Positions 1 through 11,049 of a DNA stretch of 64,000 nucleotides are shown here, one piece after another; position 1 is the first letter of the stretch; each line of letters opens with the position of its first letter. The translations under genes were made by a program, and so were the position numbers. The DNA is from Eledone cirrhosa (Eukaryota), in NCBI GenBank assembly GCA_964016885.1, contig OZ024740.1:207266001-207330000 (forward strand), written 5' to 3'. The notes below the pieces were generated by a model, which ran no database searches, was not told the origin of the DNA, and saw only the letters and a program-made list of their open reading frames with translations.

Positions 1-428
1 ACGTCTGGCAACTGACTTGGTAAACACCCACAAAATTATTAACCATCTTGCCAACAACAATCCTGAGTACCTTTTTGACTTCCATGTGTCTAACACACGT
101 GGGCATGCCAACAAAGTCAGAAAACAGCACAGCTCCCATGACTTTCGGAAACATTTTTTCATGCTCAGAGTTGCTGAAGCATGGAACAAACTACCTGCAT
201 CAGTTATTAGCTCTCGAGACACTGCATCCTTTAAAACCTCCATGCTTCCTGAGATTCGCCAACTCTACACCTGATATTCCCCCTCCATGCACACGCACAC
301 ATGTATATCATGACTCATACACTGTTCACTTCCCTGACATTTGTATATTATTCTATGTACTATACATGCACATTTGATGAGTTGTAGTGCACCTGAGTAC
401 TGTACACAATAATTTCATTATTATTATA
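1..428 (+). mobile_element. CR1-clade LINE 3' end (ORF2 C-terminus, 3'UTR, (ATT)n tail)
   Basis: ORF 17-274 contains NTRGHANKVRKQ...RKHFFMLRVAEAWNKLP, matching the CR1 C-terminal TRGH...RxxFFxxRVxxxWNxLP motif. Ends in attattatt. A closely similar copy lies at 22450-22905. Confidence 0.85.
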
Positions 429-904
429 TTACTTCAAGTGGGGTCTCCACTATGCAAACACCCACACATTATATTATTGGCCCTTTATTCAAATTATATA
501 ATCAAATTACATAAATACCTTACTTTTCAGTTGCCTATCTATATTTTCAAGCTATTATGTTGGTGTATGTGTCTGTGTGTGTGTGTGTGTGTGGGGGGGG
601 GGGGTGTCACATGTATATAACCGGTGGCGGCAGGTGGGGGAGGGACTGCACATGTGTTAAGGCTGCTGTGTGTGTGTGTGGAGGGGGATTGAACATGTAT
701 TAAGATGGAATATATATCTGAGAAGTAACACCTTTCAGGGCTTCCAATGTCAATGTTGGCACAATGAATGGTAGGTTGGGTTAAATTATGGAGATGGTAG
801 AGCAGAGACAAGTAGATGTAAGTTGTATGTAAGAAGTCAATTGGATAGGGGAGGGGAACTCAAATATAAGTTCTTCTGGAGAGGAAACAATGAGAAGTGC
901 AGAT

Positions 905-1060
905 CATTATCATCATCACTGTTTCAGCATCCATTTTTCCATGCTAGCATGGGTTAGATGAGTTGTCCTGTTGTGAGACAAATTAGATCAGGTGACTGTG
1001 TCTTGTTCATACAGAACTGGTTCTGGCTTAGCTTCTACAGCTGGATGCCCTTCCTAACGG
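905..1060 (-). mobile_element. SINE fragment with RTE-like tail
   Basis: catcatc...catccatttttccatgctagcatgggtt...ctggatgcccttcctaac. Similar to 35515-35710, and the tail resembles the RTE 3' end near 1590-1640. Confidence 0.5.
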
Positions 1061-1119
1061 TAGGTGGATAGGTGAAGAAATTGAGGTAATTAGAGTATGT
1101 AACAGAATTATTTAGATAA

Positions 1120-1640
1120 GATGACAACAGTTATTTCCCCTTATGCAACACAATCAGGGCAAGAACAAAAAAACTGCCTCTATGAAGACATCTTGTGGAC
1201 TGCCATAATAACAAATGACATAGATCCCATCAGGGGCCAACAAGAGACCTACCAACTCTGCTGGCAACAAATGGATTCTCTTTCCAAGATAAGGATAGTA
1301 GATTATATCAAGTCTGTGAATGGAGGGCAATGCTGCACAATAGCGAGACATGGGTATTGAATGCAGAGGTTAGAAAGAAATCTGGTTAGCATGCTCTGTT
1401 GGACATGTAATATTAGTGTAAATGAACACAAAAGCACAGATGAGGAATCATGTGTAGCATGTAGATGGAGTTCCAAGGAGAAGGTAGCTGTAAAATAAGA
1501 AGAAAGGCAGAAGTAGTGATGATGAATCTGACAAAGGAAATGGCAAAAGAAGGCAACAAGTGAAACGAAGCTGTGCTAGAAAGGACTCTTCCGACCCATG
1601 CTAGCAAACAAAGGTGGACTGAAAAAAAAAATGATGATGC
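1120..1640 (+). mobile_element. Degenerate RTE-clade LINE 3' fragment
   Basis: Decayed reading frames ending in acccatgctagc...aatgatgatg, an RTE-like 3' terminus with (TGA)n. Confidence 0.45.
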
Positions 1641-1699
1641 AGAAATGAGTTTTCTTTATTCATTATTTCATTTTCATAGCTACTCATTTTCCTTCCCAC

Positions 1700-2170
1700 T
1701 TTCACCACCACCACCACCACCACCACCACCACCACCACCACCACCACCACCACCACCATCATCAGCAGCAGGAGCATCAGTAAGTTCTCTATGCTACATT
1801 GACTGTGGTTAGTTGTTGTATTGGCAGAAAGCTTATCTAAAGCCAGACATACATACTTCCAATTTAGACACACCACCACCACCACCACCAATGACTTTAC
1901 CACATCAGTACCACCCCACCACCATAATCACACATAGTACTACATTACACCACTACCAACAACATAACTACACCACCACCGCAAATGACATTACCACATC
2001 AGTACCACCCTACCACCATAACCACTAATAGTACTACATTAGACCACCATCACCACCAGCACCAACAATACAATTACATCACACCACCACCACCATTACA
2101 ACCACTATATCACACCGCCACTGCCACCACCACCACCACTACCACCACTACAACTGCATCACACCACCAA
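1700..2170. repeat. (CCA)n microsatellite and degenerate CAC/CAT-rich repeats
   Basis: Pure (cca)n at about 1703-1758, followed by duplicated acc-rich blocks. Confidence 0.9.
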
Positions 2171-2632
2171 TACAGTTATATCTCTTACATTTAGTAGGTT
2201 TATATTACAGAAAAAGGACCACTCTGTCAGCTCCCCCCCCTCTCTAAATGTAGATATACACGCGCACACACCCAAATGTACATGCGCACACACACACAGA
2301 TGCATCAGTTTGTTTCGGCAGATGTAAGAGCTCCACTACCTCTTCCAACCCTTTTCTGGCACTCAACTCTAAAATACTTCATCTTCTGTAGCATGATTTA
2401 GTACTGATATAGCGTGATATAGCATGATAAAGGAAAGTATGATGATATATAGCATCAAATACAACATCTCTCTCTCTTATATACACACATATATATATAT
2501 ATATATATATGTCTAGGGCGGGTAAAATTCCCGATATATATACACACACATATATATATATATGTATGTATATATATATATATAGTTAGGGCGGATAAAA
2601 TTCCCGAGATAATATATATATATATATATATA

Positions 2633-3879
2633 CAGGGTGCGGACGATATTTGTTCGCAAGATTACTGTCTAGGAAAAAATAACACAGTAGTTTTATTTTT
2701 TAAGATATATTTATCAAACTTGGGTCAGTTTGTCTTCATGACTTGTTCTTTCGATCTCACTCAATAAACCTGTCATTGGCTCTGATGACGGCCACAAAAC
2801 CGGCTACAGGCCTTCGTCACTGTCCCCCGACTTGTGATTCTGGCCTTCAGATCGTCTATCGTATTGCTGCTAGATCTGTTGGTGTCTCGTTCCACTGCGC
2901 CCCACACAAAGAAGTTGAGGGGGTTGTAGTCAGGTGAGCTGGGAGGGGGTTGCAGTCAGGTGAAGTGTGGTCGACGAAGTTCTTTGACAGCCAGGCTTGG
3001 GTCTTTCGGCTGGTATGGCAGCGCTGAGTCTTGCTGCCACATGTACGGCCTACCTGCAGCTACCTGGCTCAGAAAGTGGATGTAGCCATCGGTGTTCAGC
3101 TTGAGGCACTCAGGGAAGAAGTGAGGTGGCATGATGTCACCTTGACTGTTGACGACACCTAAGACCAATGTTGTCGCTGGAAACTTTGTCTGCATGACTC
3201 TGGGCACGTCTTTGGATGAGACAGCGAGCCACCTGTTGTTCTGGGAGTTGATCTTCTGGTCTTGGCAGAAGTTTTTCTCATCGGAGAAAAATGACAGCAT
3301 GTCTGGCTCCAGTGGGTGTTTCAACTTGTTGATCAGCTTCTTTGCGTGCTTCAGTCGCTTTTCTTGCATCACCTTTGACAGAAATTGCTCTTTCCTCATC
3401 TTGTATGAAACGTAGCGAATGTCTTCATGTACCACCAGCCTAATGAGCTTTTCATCAACGCCTTTCTCCCTTGCAATGGCACGCATCGACTTGCTAGGTT
3501 CATTGTTGATGATATCCTGAACTTCAGCGATGAACTCGGGCGTTCTGAAGGCGTCAGATCGTGTGTTTTCCTCTCTGATGTTGCTTCGTAGTCGAATCCT
3601 GAATCTTCCAATTCCTTTCTGACCTTTTCCACCATTCTCCTGCTGATGCTGAGAAAGTCTGAAATTTCCTTATTTGTCCTCCCGGTGTGGATTCTAAGAA
3701 GAATTCCGTGTCTCTTCCACAAATTTGGAAGTTCAAAATTATTCATAATCAATTATTCTGAAAATAAATAATGGAAATATAGTCACTGTTTTTATGAAGA
3801 CAAGAGTGACAACGGAAGTAAAAAAAATTTGCAGAAAATTAGCATTTGAAAATTGCGAACAAATATCGTCCACACCCTG
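2633..3879 (-). mobile_element. Tc1/mariner DNA transposon, DD37D (maT-like), frameshifted transposase
   Basis: 27-bp TIRs cagggtg(c/t)ggacgatatttgttcgcaa at 2633-2659 and 3853-3879, flanked by TA. HTH-like N-terminus in ORF 3396-3752. FFSDEKNF and WQQDSA in ORF 2956-3486. PSSPDYNPLNFFVWG in a shifted frame. Confidence 0.93.
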
Positions 3880-3934
3880 TATATATATAACAAACCTGGA
3901 CCCTTGGAATTGATGGTAAAATCCATATATATAT

Positions 3935-4078
3935 AGGCTGTAACTAGCTGTTCAAATGACAAGAGTTCTGCCATCGGGTCCCGACTCTTTATAATATAGT
4001 CATACTCAACTACCCCGAGTATCGAGTACTCTGTTGAGTAATCAGCCAATCAGTTTCAAACTGAATCCATCCTGATTT
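3935..4078 (+). mobile_element. Short (TA)n-inserted element carrying the conserved bulged-hairpin motif
   Basis: Flanked by TA runs. tactcaactaccccgagtatcgagtactc at 4003-4031 resembles family B at 4091-4290. Confidence 0.55.
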
Positions 4079-4090
4079 ATATATATATAT

Positions 4091-4290
4091 AACAAGGGAG
4101 GTGTGGTAAGGAACCAGATAGACCATAATGCATCAGAGTACTCAATACTTAGGGTAGTAGAGTGGGTAATGGGAAAATGTTTAACCCCGACGGCAGAGCT
4201 CCAGCCGTTTCGACGGCTATTTCTGGACTAATAGTCCCGAAATAGCCGTTGAAACGGGTTGAGCTCTGCCGTCGGGGTCAAACATTTTCC
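4091..4290 (-). mobile_element. Short (TA)n-inserted fold-back element, family B (probable Penelope-like terminal fragment)
   Basis: Near-perfect palindrome at 4172-4290 and hairpin motif at 4136-4164. A second copy is in opposite orientation at 51962-52170. Confidence 0.75.
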
Positions 4291-4409
4291 TATATATATA
4301 TATCCCTCTGTATTTTATTTTTTCTGTATTGCCCTTTCATTTTCCTCTTTAATGGGGCAGAAGGACAATAGTAACAGAAGAGGCCGTGTAAAGAGAAAAG
4401 TGATAAGAA

Positions 4410-4480
4410 AGGATAGAAAAGAGATAGATAGGTAAATAGAGAGATAGACAGGTAGATAGACAGGTAAATAGAGAGATATA
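4410..4480. repeat. (GATA/GACA/GGTA)n microsatellite
   Basis: Direct reading. Confidence 0.9.
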
Positions 4481-4840
4481 TTTCTATTTATTGCCACTAG
4501 GGCGCAAAAGAAGGGGACAAATACAAGGGGGGAGTTTACACAAAAAGGCGAGTAAAGAAAACAAATAACAAATATATAATTAACAATAAAGTCCTCAATA
4601 GGGAGGAAGCGTTTTGGGGGGTCACACACACCCCCGAAAAAGTGTGCAACCCTTCTCCTCAGGAGCACAGAGAGAGGGTGCTCCCTCGTTCCTTCATCTT
4701 TTCCATCTACAGGCTGATGTAGAGAGAAGGCCCATTCACACGGGCCATTCTCACCACTTTCACCCACCTTTCATAAAAATGACTGGGGTGGAGCACCTCT
4801 CTCTCCATCCTGATCCTTATTCCGAAATGATATTGGAAGA
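4481..4840 (-). mobile_element. Tx1/L1-clade LINE copy C, 5'-truncated (last ~45 codons of ORF2 plus 3'UTR)
   Basis: FQYHFGIRIRMEREVLHPSHFYERWVKVVRMARVNGPSLYISL is homologous to the C-termini of copies A and B. Confidence 0.92.
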
Positions 4841-4940
4841 TAGACAGAGAGATAGACAGGTAGATAGACAGAGAGATAGACAGATAGATAGACAGAGAGA
4901 TAGACAGAGAGATAGACAGGTAGATAGACATGTAGATATA
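4841..4940. repeat. (GATA/GACA)n microsatellite between Tx1 copies C and A
   Basis: Direct reading. Confidence 0.95.
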
Positions 4941-5156
4941 TTTCTTTATTTACCATAAAGGTATAAAAAGAAGGGACAAATACAAAGGGGGAGTTTACAT
5001 AAAACCGAGTAAAAAGGGTATAAAATGGAAATAATCAAAAACAACCTCAAAAGGGAGGGGACGTGATGGGGGTTGCACACACCCCCGAAAAAGTGTGCAA
5101 TCCTTTGCCCAGGGGAGCACATGGAGAAGGTGCTCCCCTCTCCTTCACTTCTTTAC

Positions 5157-8100
5157 CTACAGGATGGTATACAGAGAAGGCCCATTTACACGAGCCATTC
5201 TCGCCACTATCACCCACCTTTCATAAAACTGCCTGTGGCCAAGCACCTCTCTCTCCATTCTTATCCTTCTTCCGAAGTGATATCGGAAGAAGTAGACCAG
5301 ACTATGGCCAGAGAGGAAGTTGCCTGACCTCAGACCTTTCAATCGTGTCCACCAAACAACCTCTTTCAACATGGCTATTACGCACAGAAAAACTGCCTTT
5401 GCTTCCTTTGTGAAGAGGGAAGGCGGCTTGATTGTCATCACGGACTCGGCGGTCAATCGAATCGGCGCCACCCGCGACAGCAGTCGTTTGGCGTAGCCCC
5501 ACAGATCAGCCACACCCGGACAGTGCACCAATGTGTGCGCAACGGTTTCTTCGTGACGCACGCATCTAGGGCAAATCTTTTTCGAGAGATCCCTGCCCGG
5601 GCGCCCGTGTCTGTAGAGCTTTTCCTGAACGGGTAGAGCCCCCTGGTAGCACTGCCAAGCCAGTGACTTCTGGAAGTTGTCCATTGGTCTCGGGCTGAAA
5701 ATCCTACCGAACAGGCTGGCCAGTTCGTCCTCTTCCATGTCCAGCGACTCTCCAAGGGTGTCATCGCCCCTGCTAGCCACCAGCCCTCTATAGAATAACG
5801 AGGTGGATTCTCCACCGATGGCCGGGTCCGCTTGCCAGAGAGCCCTGAGCGCCTGGGCACACTGAGTGTGCCAGTCGCCTAGTTTTCCGAATCTTTGCTT
5901 GACCCAGGACTGCAGCTCGGTGAGCGAGACGAGTCTTGGAAAGGCTCGTCTCACGAACGAAGCCCACACCGGTTGACCAGTGAGGAATACCTGTAGGTGC
6001 CGTAGCCTTAATGCGTGCCTACTTATCATCAACCACGGCATCCCCAGCCCTCCTTTCGAAGGTTGTTGGCAGCAGATGGATCTTCTCACCATAGGAGGGC
6101 GCTTCTTCCAAAGAAATTGAAAGAGCATGCGTTCCATGGTGGTCAGTGTTTCCTGAGGGCAAGGCACGACAGTCAGGCGGTAGTAGGTGACGGACGCTAT
6201 GTAAATGTTCGCCACCTCCGCCCGACCTTTCAGGGACAGCTTACACTTAGCCCATTTCTGGGTCAGTGCAAACACCTTGTTCGTAACCTCGTTCCAGTTC
6301 TTTTCCACCTGGAGGTCCGGTCCAAACCAGACCCCAAGCAACTTCACCGGGCCCTCTGTCCAGTGTCCGACGACACTGTCGGGAGGCATTGGTCTGCCTC
6401 TCCGTGTTCCGAGTTGCAGCCCGATGGATTTTTCCCGGTTCCGTTTCGCTCCTGACAACCTTTCGCATTCTTCCAGTAAGGTACCGATCGCCTCGATCTC
6501 CGAGTCGGTCGATACCATTACTGTTACGTCATCGGCGTAGGCCGACACCGCTTTGCTCAATCCTGGTTCCAGGGGGATACCCTGCAACAACTCCAACTTC
6601 CTCAGTAAAGGCTCGAGAGTCAATACGTACAGAAGGGAGGAGAGAGGGCACCCCTGTCGAATGGATCGTGTGATTTCGAACGGCTTCGAAAGGTAGCCGT
6701 TCACCTTAATCCTAGAACAGATGTGGTTGCTATGTAAGGCAGTGATCCAGCCTCTGAAAACAGGGCCGAACTCAGCCGCCGCTAGCACCGCATCCAGGTA
6801 ATCATGGTCGACCCTATCGAATGCCTTAGACTGATCCAAGTTGATCAGGGCCCTACCGAAGCCGGGTTTGTTGCCAATCCTCTCTATGATGTATGAGGTG
6901 GAGGTTGTCGTGAATGGACCTGGATGGGATAGCACATGTCTGCGCATCTCCCACCAGGCCACCCTCGACAAGCGCCAACCTCTTTGCTAACACCATGGCC
7001 AAAATCTTTAACTCTGTGTTTAGCAGGGTTATGGGCCGAAAATTATTTATACTATCCTCCTTGTTCTCGTCCTTCCTCACCAGCGAGACTACGCCCTTGG
7101 CTACAGAACAAGGAATTCTCCCGTTCTGCTGCCAATTGCAGTAGACTGCTTCGAGGAGTTCGGAGAAGACCGGCATTGCTAAATAAAGTTCGTAAGGTAT
7201 ACCATCGAGACCTGGAGATTTGCGTCTGCTGCATTGGCTCAGCGCATCCCCGATCTCATCAGCCGAGATTGGTCCCTCGCAGGACTCTGCCTCTTTGCTT
7301 GAGAGACGCAGCAGGCCATCGAGGTATGGACCAAAATCCACGTCCCCGCCCGGACCCTCGCCTCCCCCGAACAATCGGGCAAAGTGCCTTTGAAAGGCCT
7401 CACACATCTGCTTAGGCTCCCGGATCACCCGTCCATCCTCGTCTTGCAAAGACCGGATGGTGGATCGATTTCCACTCTTAGCTTCTGTCACGCGGGCCCA
7501 GCCAACGGCTTTGGCCCCCTCATTACCTAGAGCACGTATTTTACTTCGAATAACGCAGCCTTCGTGCTTTGCATCGAAAAACTGGCTCAAGGCCGTCCTC
7601 GATGCCAGCACTCTGGCCACATCTCCGCTCTTGATTGCCTCTTCTAATTTACCTGTTAATTCTTTCTCGTTCCTATTTGTATCGGCAGCTAACATTTTGC
7701 TATAACTTATTGATTCTGTTCTAATCTCTCTTTTGAGAGATGCCCACCATCGGTTGTTGACGATTGCACCCGTCAACCTCTCCTTAACTAATCTGCTAAT
7801 CCGGTCTCTGTAAGCCTCTTTTGCCGGTAAAGACAAATTAAGTTTCCAGTAACCGGGACCCTGTCTATGTGTTCTCTCGAGGTTGACTACGCAGGTCACT
7901 AATTTGTGATCTGTATAGCCAACCGTGAGCATTTCTGGACAGCTTAATATGTCCCTATCCTTACTTCTAACTAAGAATCTATCTAAGTACGATCTAGATT
8001 GACCACTGTGGTTCGTCCAAGTCCAGGTTGGCACATTTGGAAAATCTAGTCGATATCTATCGACCAAGTTAAAACGGTCGAGTAACCCCTTGAGGCTGTT

Positions 8101-8586
8101 ACACCCCCCTCTATTAGGACATGCTCCTGCATAGTCCCAACGTGCACCTAGGATGTCATTCCAGTCCCCCGCTAGAAGCAGGGAACGCGACGTTCCCAGA
8201 AAAGTCTCCAGACGCTGGAAGAAGTCGGGTCGTTCAGCTCCGAAAGGGGAGTAGACGGCAACCAGTCTCAAGGCCGCACCTCCACTACTGCCAACGTCTA
8301 GCACCAACAAACGACCTTCCAGGTCCGAGTGAACAACCTGTACGGCGAAACCCAGGTGTTTTTCCAGCAGTACGACAACCCCACCCCCACCTCCAGGTTG
8401 ACAGAGAGATGCGTGCACCTCAAAGTCATCGAAGGTAGGGGCCAGCTGCCGCACGATGCTGATCCGAGTCTCACAGATAACCATTACATTTATACCACGT
8501 GACTTGAGGTCATTTAGAAGCTTTGCTTGCTTCCAAGTTGAGCCCAGGCCACGTGCATTCAAACATCCTACTCTTAACACATCCAT
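5157..8586 (-). pseudogene. Tx1 copy A ORF2 (APE endonuclease, reverse transcriptase, C-terminal Cys/His motif), frameshifted near 6900
   Basis: LNARGL, ICET, AGDWN, SYLDRF, YTDH and GPGYWKLN (APE). SPGLDG, NFRPITLLN, LDQSKAFDRV, IRQGCPLS and AYADD (RT). CPRC...HTLVHC. Confidence 0.95.
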
Positions 8587-8619
8587 GTGGGCGGCAAAGC
8601 CAAAGGAGAGTGTAGAGAC

Positions 8620-10519
8620 CTACCTTTCTGCTTCCCGGGGTTCGGGTCGCACGACTTCCATGGGGTCGGGGGTGTTGGGTGAAGGGGTGTCTTGTGGTGG
8701 TGTGGGGTCGTCAGTGTGTGGTGGGGTTGGGGTGTTTGGAGTTGTGTTGGGGAGGGGAAAAGCTTTTTAGGAGGACGCGGTTTATGGGTTTGACAGAGGG
8801 TGGTCCTACGTCCTCCTTAAAATCCTTTTTTAGTTTTTGGTAGAGGTTCATTGGGATCTTTATTAATTTTAAATGTGGGTAGTTTTCTGAAGAAACAAAG
8901 TTTACCCCTTAGGTTTGTACCGAAGGGTTATTGTTTATGAGTTCATTTAATTTATTATTGTTTCTGTTGATGTAAGTATAGTGTAATGTCTTTTTTTCGG
9001 ATGGTGTGAGTGTTTCGAAGAGGGGAGGGGCAGGTTTGGTTTTGTTTGTTGCTGGAGGGGTGTTTTGTGTTTTGTTGGATTGTGTTGACATTTGGGTAGG
9101 GGCTGTTTGGCCTTGTGTGTTTTGCACATGTTTTCTTTTTTTCCTTTTAATCTGTCTGAAGGACTCCGTTTCTTCCTCCAAATTCGTTGGGTTATCTTCA
9201 GTGTTGGAGGGAAGAGGTATGTTTGCTGGTAATGTTTCCGTGTTAGTTTTCTTTGTTGGGGAGATGGATGTCACTATGTTAGACTGTGTTGTGTGTTGTG
9301 GCTGCGGTGGTTGTGTTGTTTTATTGAGTGAGGGGTTGGGTGGGACTGTTTTGTTTTTGGGTAATGTGTTGTGTCTGTTTGTGCTGTGGTGGTGGTGTAG
9401 TTTTAATGAGGGACGGGTTGGGTGGGACTGAGTTTTGTTGTTTGTTTATCTGTTGTGGTGGTGGTGGAGCTGGTGTTGGTAGCAAGGTTTTCTTCTTGTT
9501 GAGTTGGGGACAAGCCGCCTTCAGGTGCCCTCTGCCTGCACAGATATGACAGGACGGCCTTCTCCCCTCCACGCTAATGTTTATATACCCGTGGCCCTCT
9601 AATAGGATTCTGTCGGGTATTTGGGCAATGCGTTCAGGCTTCATTTGCACTACAAGTTCTATACCTGTTCCACTGAACGCATTGCCTGTGGTTTTCCCAA
9701 TGGAAATCACGTTGTCATTCGCTGGATCGATGAAGCCAGCTATGAGCCAGCAGTAGTCCATATCTGGCATCATCGCATCCAGCCATATGCGCTGAGTTCT
9801 TTTACCCATATAAGATGGATAAAAGGTAAAATTTGTCGAACGAATCGGCGACAAAGCATATTTTTTTTTGCCGCCGATTCGTTCTTCATAATAATGGCCA
9901 GGCTTCCATAGAGCCTGTCTCTTCTTATGAAAGTGGCTTCATTAAGTACTTCTCTAAGTACCGCTTTAATTTCTGCTTGTGTTGGTTGTTGTGGCTTTTT
10001 TGAGATGTTGTTGATGGTGCGGAAAACGACCGTCCGACTTTCAATATCTTTGGTGAGTTCTTGGGGCATTTTTACTGACAAGGCTCCATTTTCCCCTTGA
10101 GTTATGAATTGTTTGGCGTTTTTTATTCTTTGTGCCACATCTGAAATATTTTCAGGTATGTATGTTAAAGATTTTGTTGTTGTTTGTGCAAATGAGATGT
10201 TATTGGTGTTGACTTTGTCGTCTGTTTTGCTTTCTGTTATGATGTTGTTGTTTTCAAATGTTATTTTTGTGTTTGTTGTTTCTTTGTTTGTGGTATTAAT
10301 ATTGTCATGCAATTCTTTCATATTTTTTTTGTTGTTGGAATCAATCTCCAGATTTGTGTTTTCGTCAACATTTTTCTCTGCGCATTCGTCTGTTTTTATT
10401 TTATTTTTTCTTTCCTTCTCTATGACGTTAGTTGGGAAGGAAGGGGGGACTAAAGCATGCGAGCTTACAACTCTTACCGCTGTCCCCCCACCACTATTTT
10501 CGTTAGCTTCGTTTAACAT
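8620..10519 (-). pseudogene. Tx1 copy A ORF1 (gag-like, CCHC zinc knuckle), frameshifted
   Basis: ORFs 9770-10519, 9321-9854 (CHICAGRGHLKAAC = CX2CX4HX4C) and 8909-9274. The C-terminus PMEVVRPEPREAER* is homologous to copy B PMKIVQPGPQETKR*. Confidence 0.88.
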
Positions 10520-10750
10520 TTCTCCCAGACGATTGAAATTTTATGCAACAACATTTTTTAAAACAGGTTTTTCACCCCTGGGAGGGGCGAAAATGAGCTG
10601 ACCCACCGCCTGACAGTTCAGACGGGGGGGGGGGGGGGTCAAGCTACATAATAGTATCAAAATTAAAATTAAACTTACAAAATTTCCGCAATAAATTGAA
10701 ACAAAACTTCTGCGCGAAGTGAATTATGTCTACGCTATCGAACAGACGAC

Positions 10751-11049
10751 AGCTAGATTGATAGACATGTAGATAGACAGATAGATAGACAGGGAGATAG
10801 ACATGTAGATAGAGGGAGATAGACAGCTAGATAGACATGTAGATAGACAGATAGATAGACAGATAGATAGACATGTAGATAGACAGATAGATAGAGAGAG
10901 AGATAGACATGTAGATAGACAGATAGATAGACATGTAGATAGACAGATAGATAGACAGAGATAGACAGGTAGATAGACAGGTAGATAGAGAGATAGATAG
11001 ACAGGTAAATAGACAGGTAGATAGACAGCTAAATATACAGGTAGATAAA
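10751..11049. repeat. (GATA/GACA)n microsatellite between Tx1 copies A and B
   Basis: Direct reading. Confidence 0.95.

Larger units (their letters stand above)
4941..10750 (-). mobile_element. Tx1/L1-clade non-LTR retrotransposon copy A, near full length (~5.8 kb)
   Basis: 5'UTR, ORF1 with zinc knuckle, ORF2 APE-RT-zinc finger, and a 3'UTR ending AATAAAGAAA. Bounded by GATA repeats on both sides. Confidence 0.95.

Noticed and set aside
10104-10601. Hydrophobic, membrane-protein-like plus-strand ORFs (also 9006-9431)
   Set aside because: Antisense shadows of the A-rich Tx1 ORF1.
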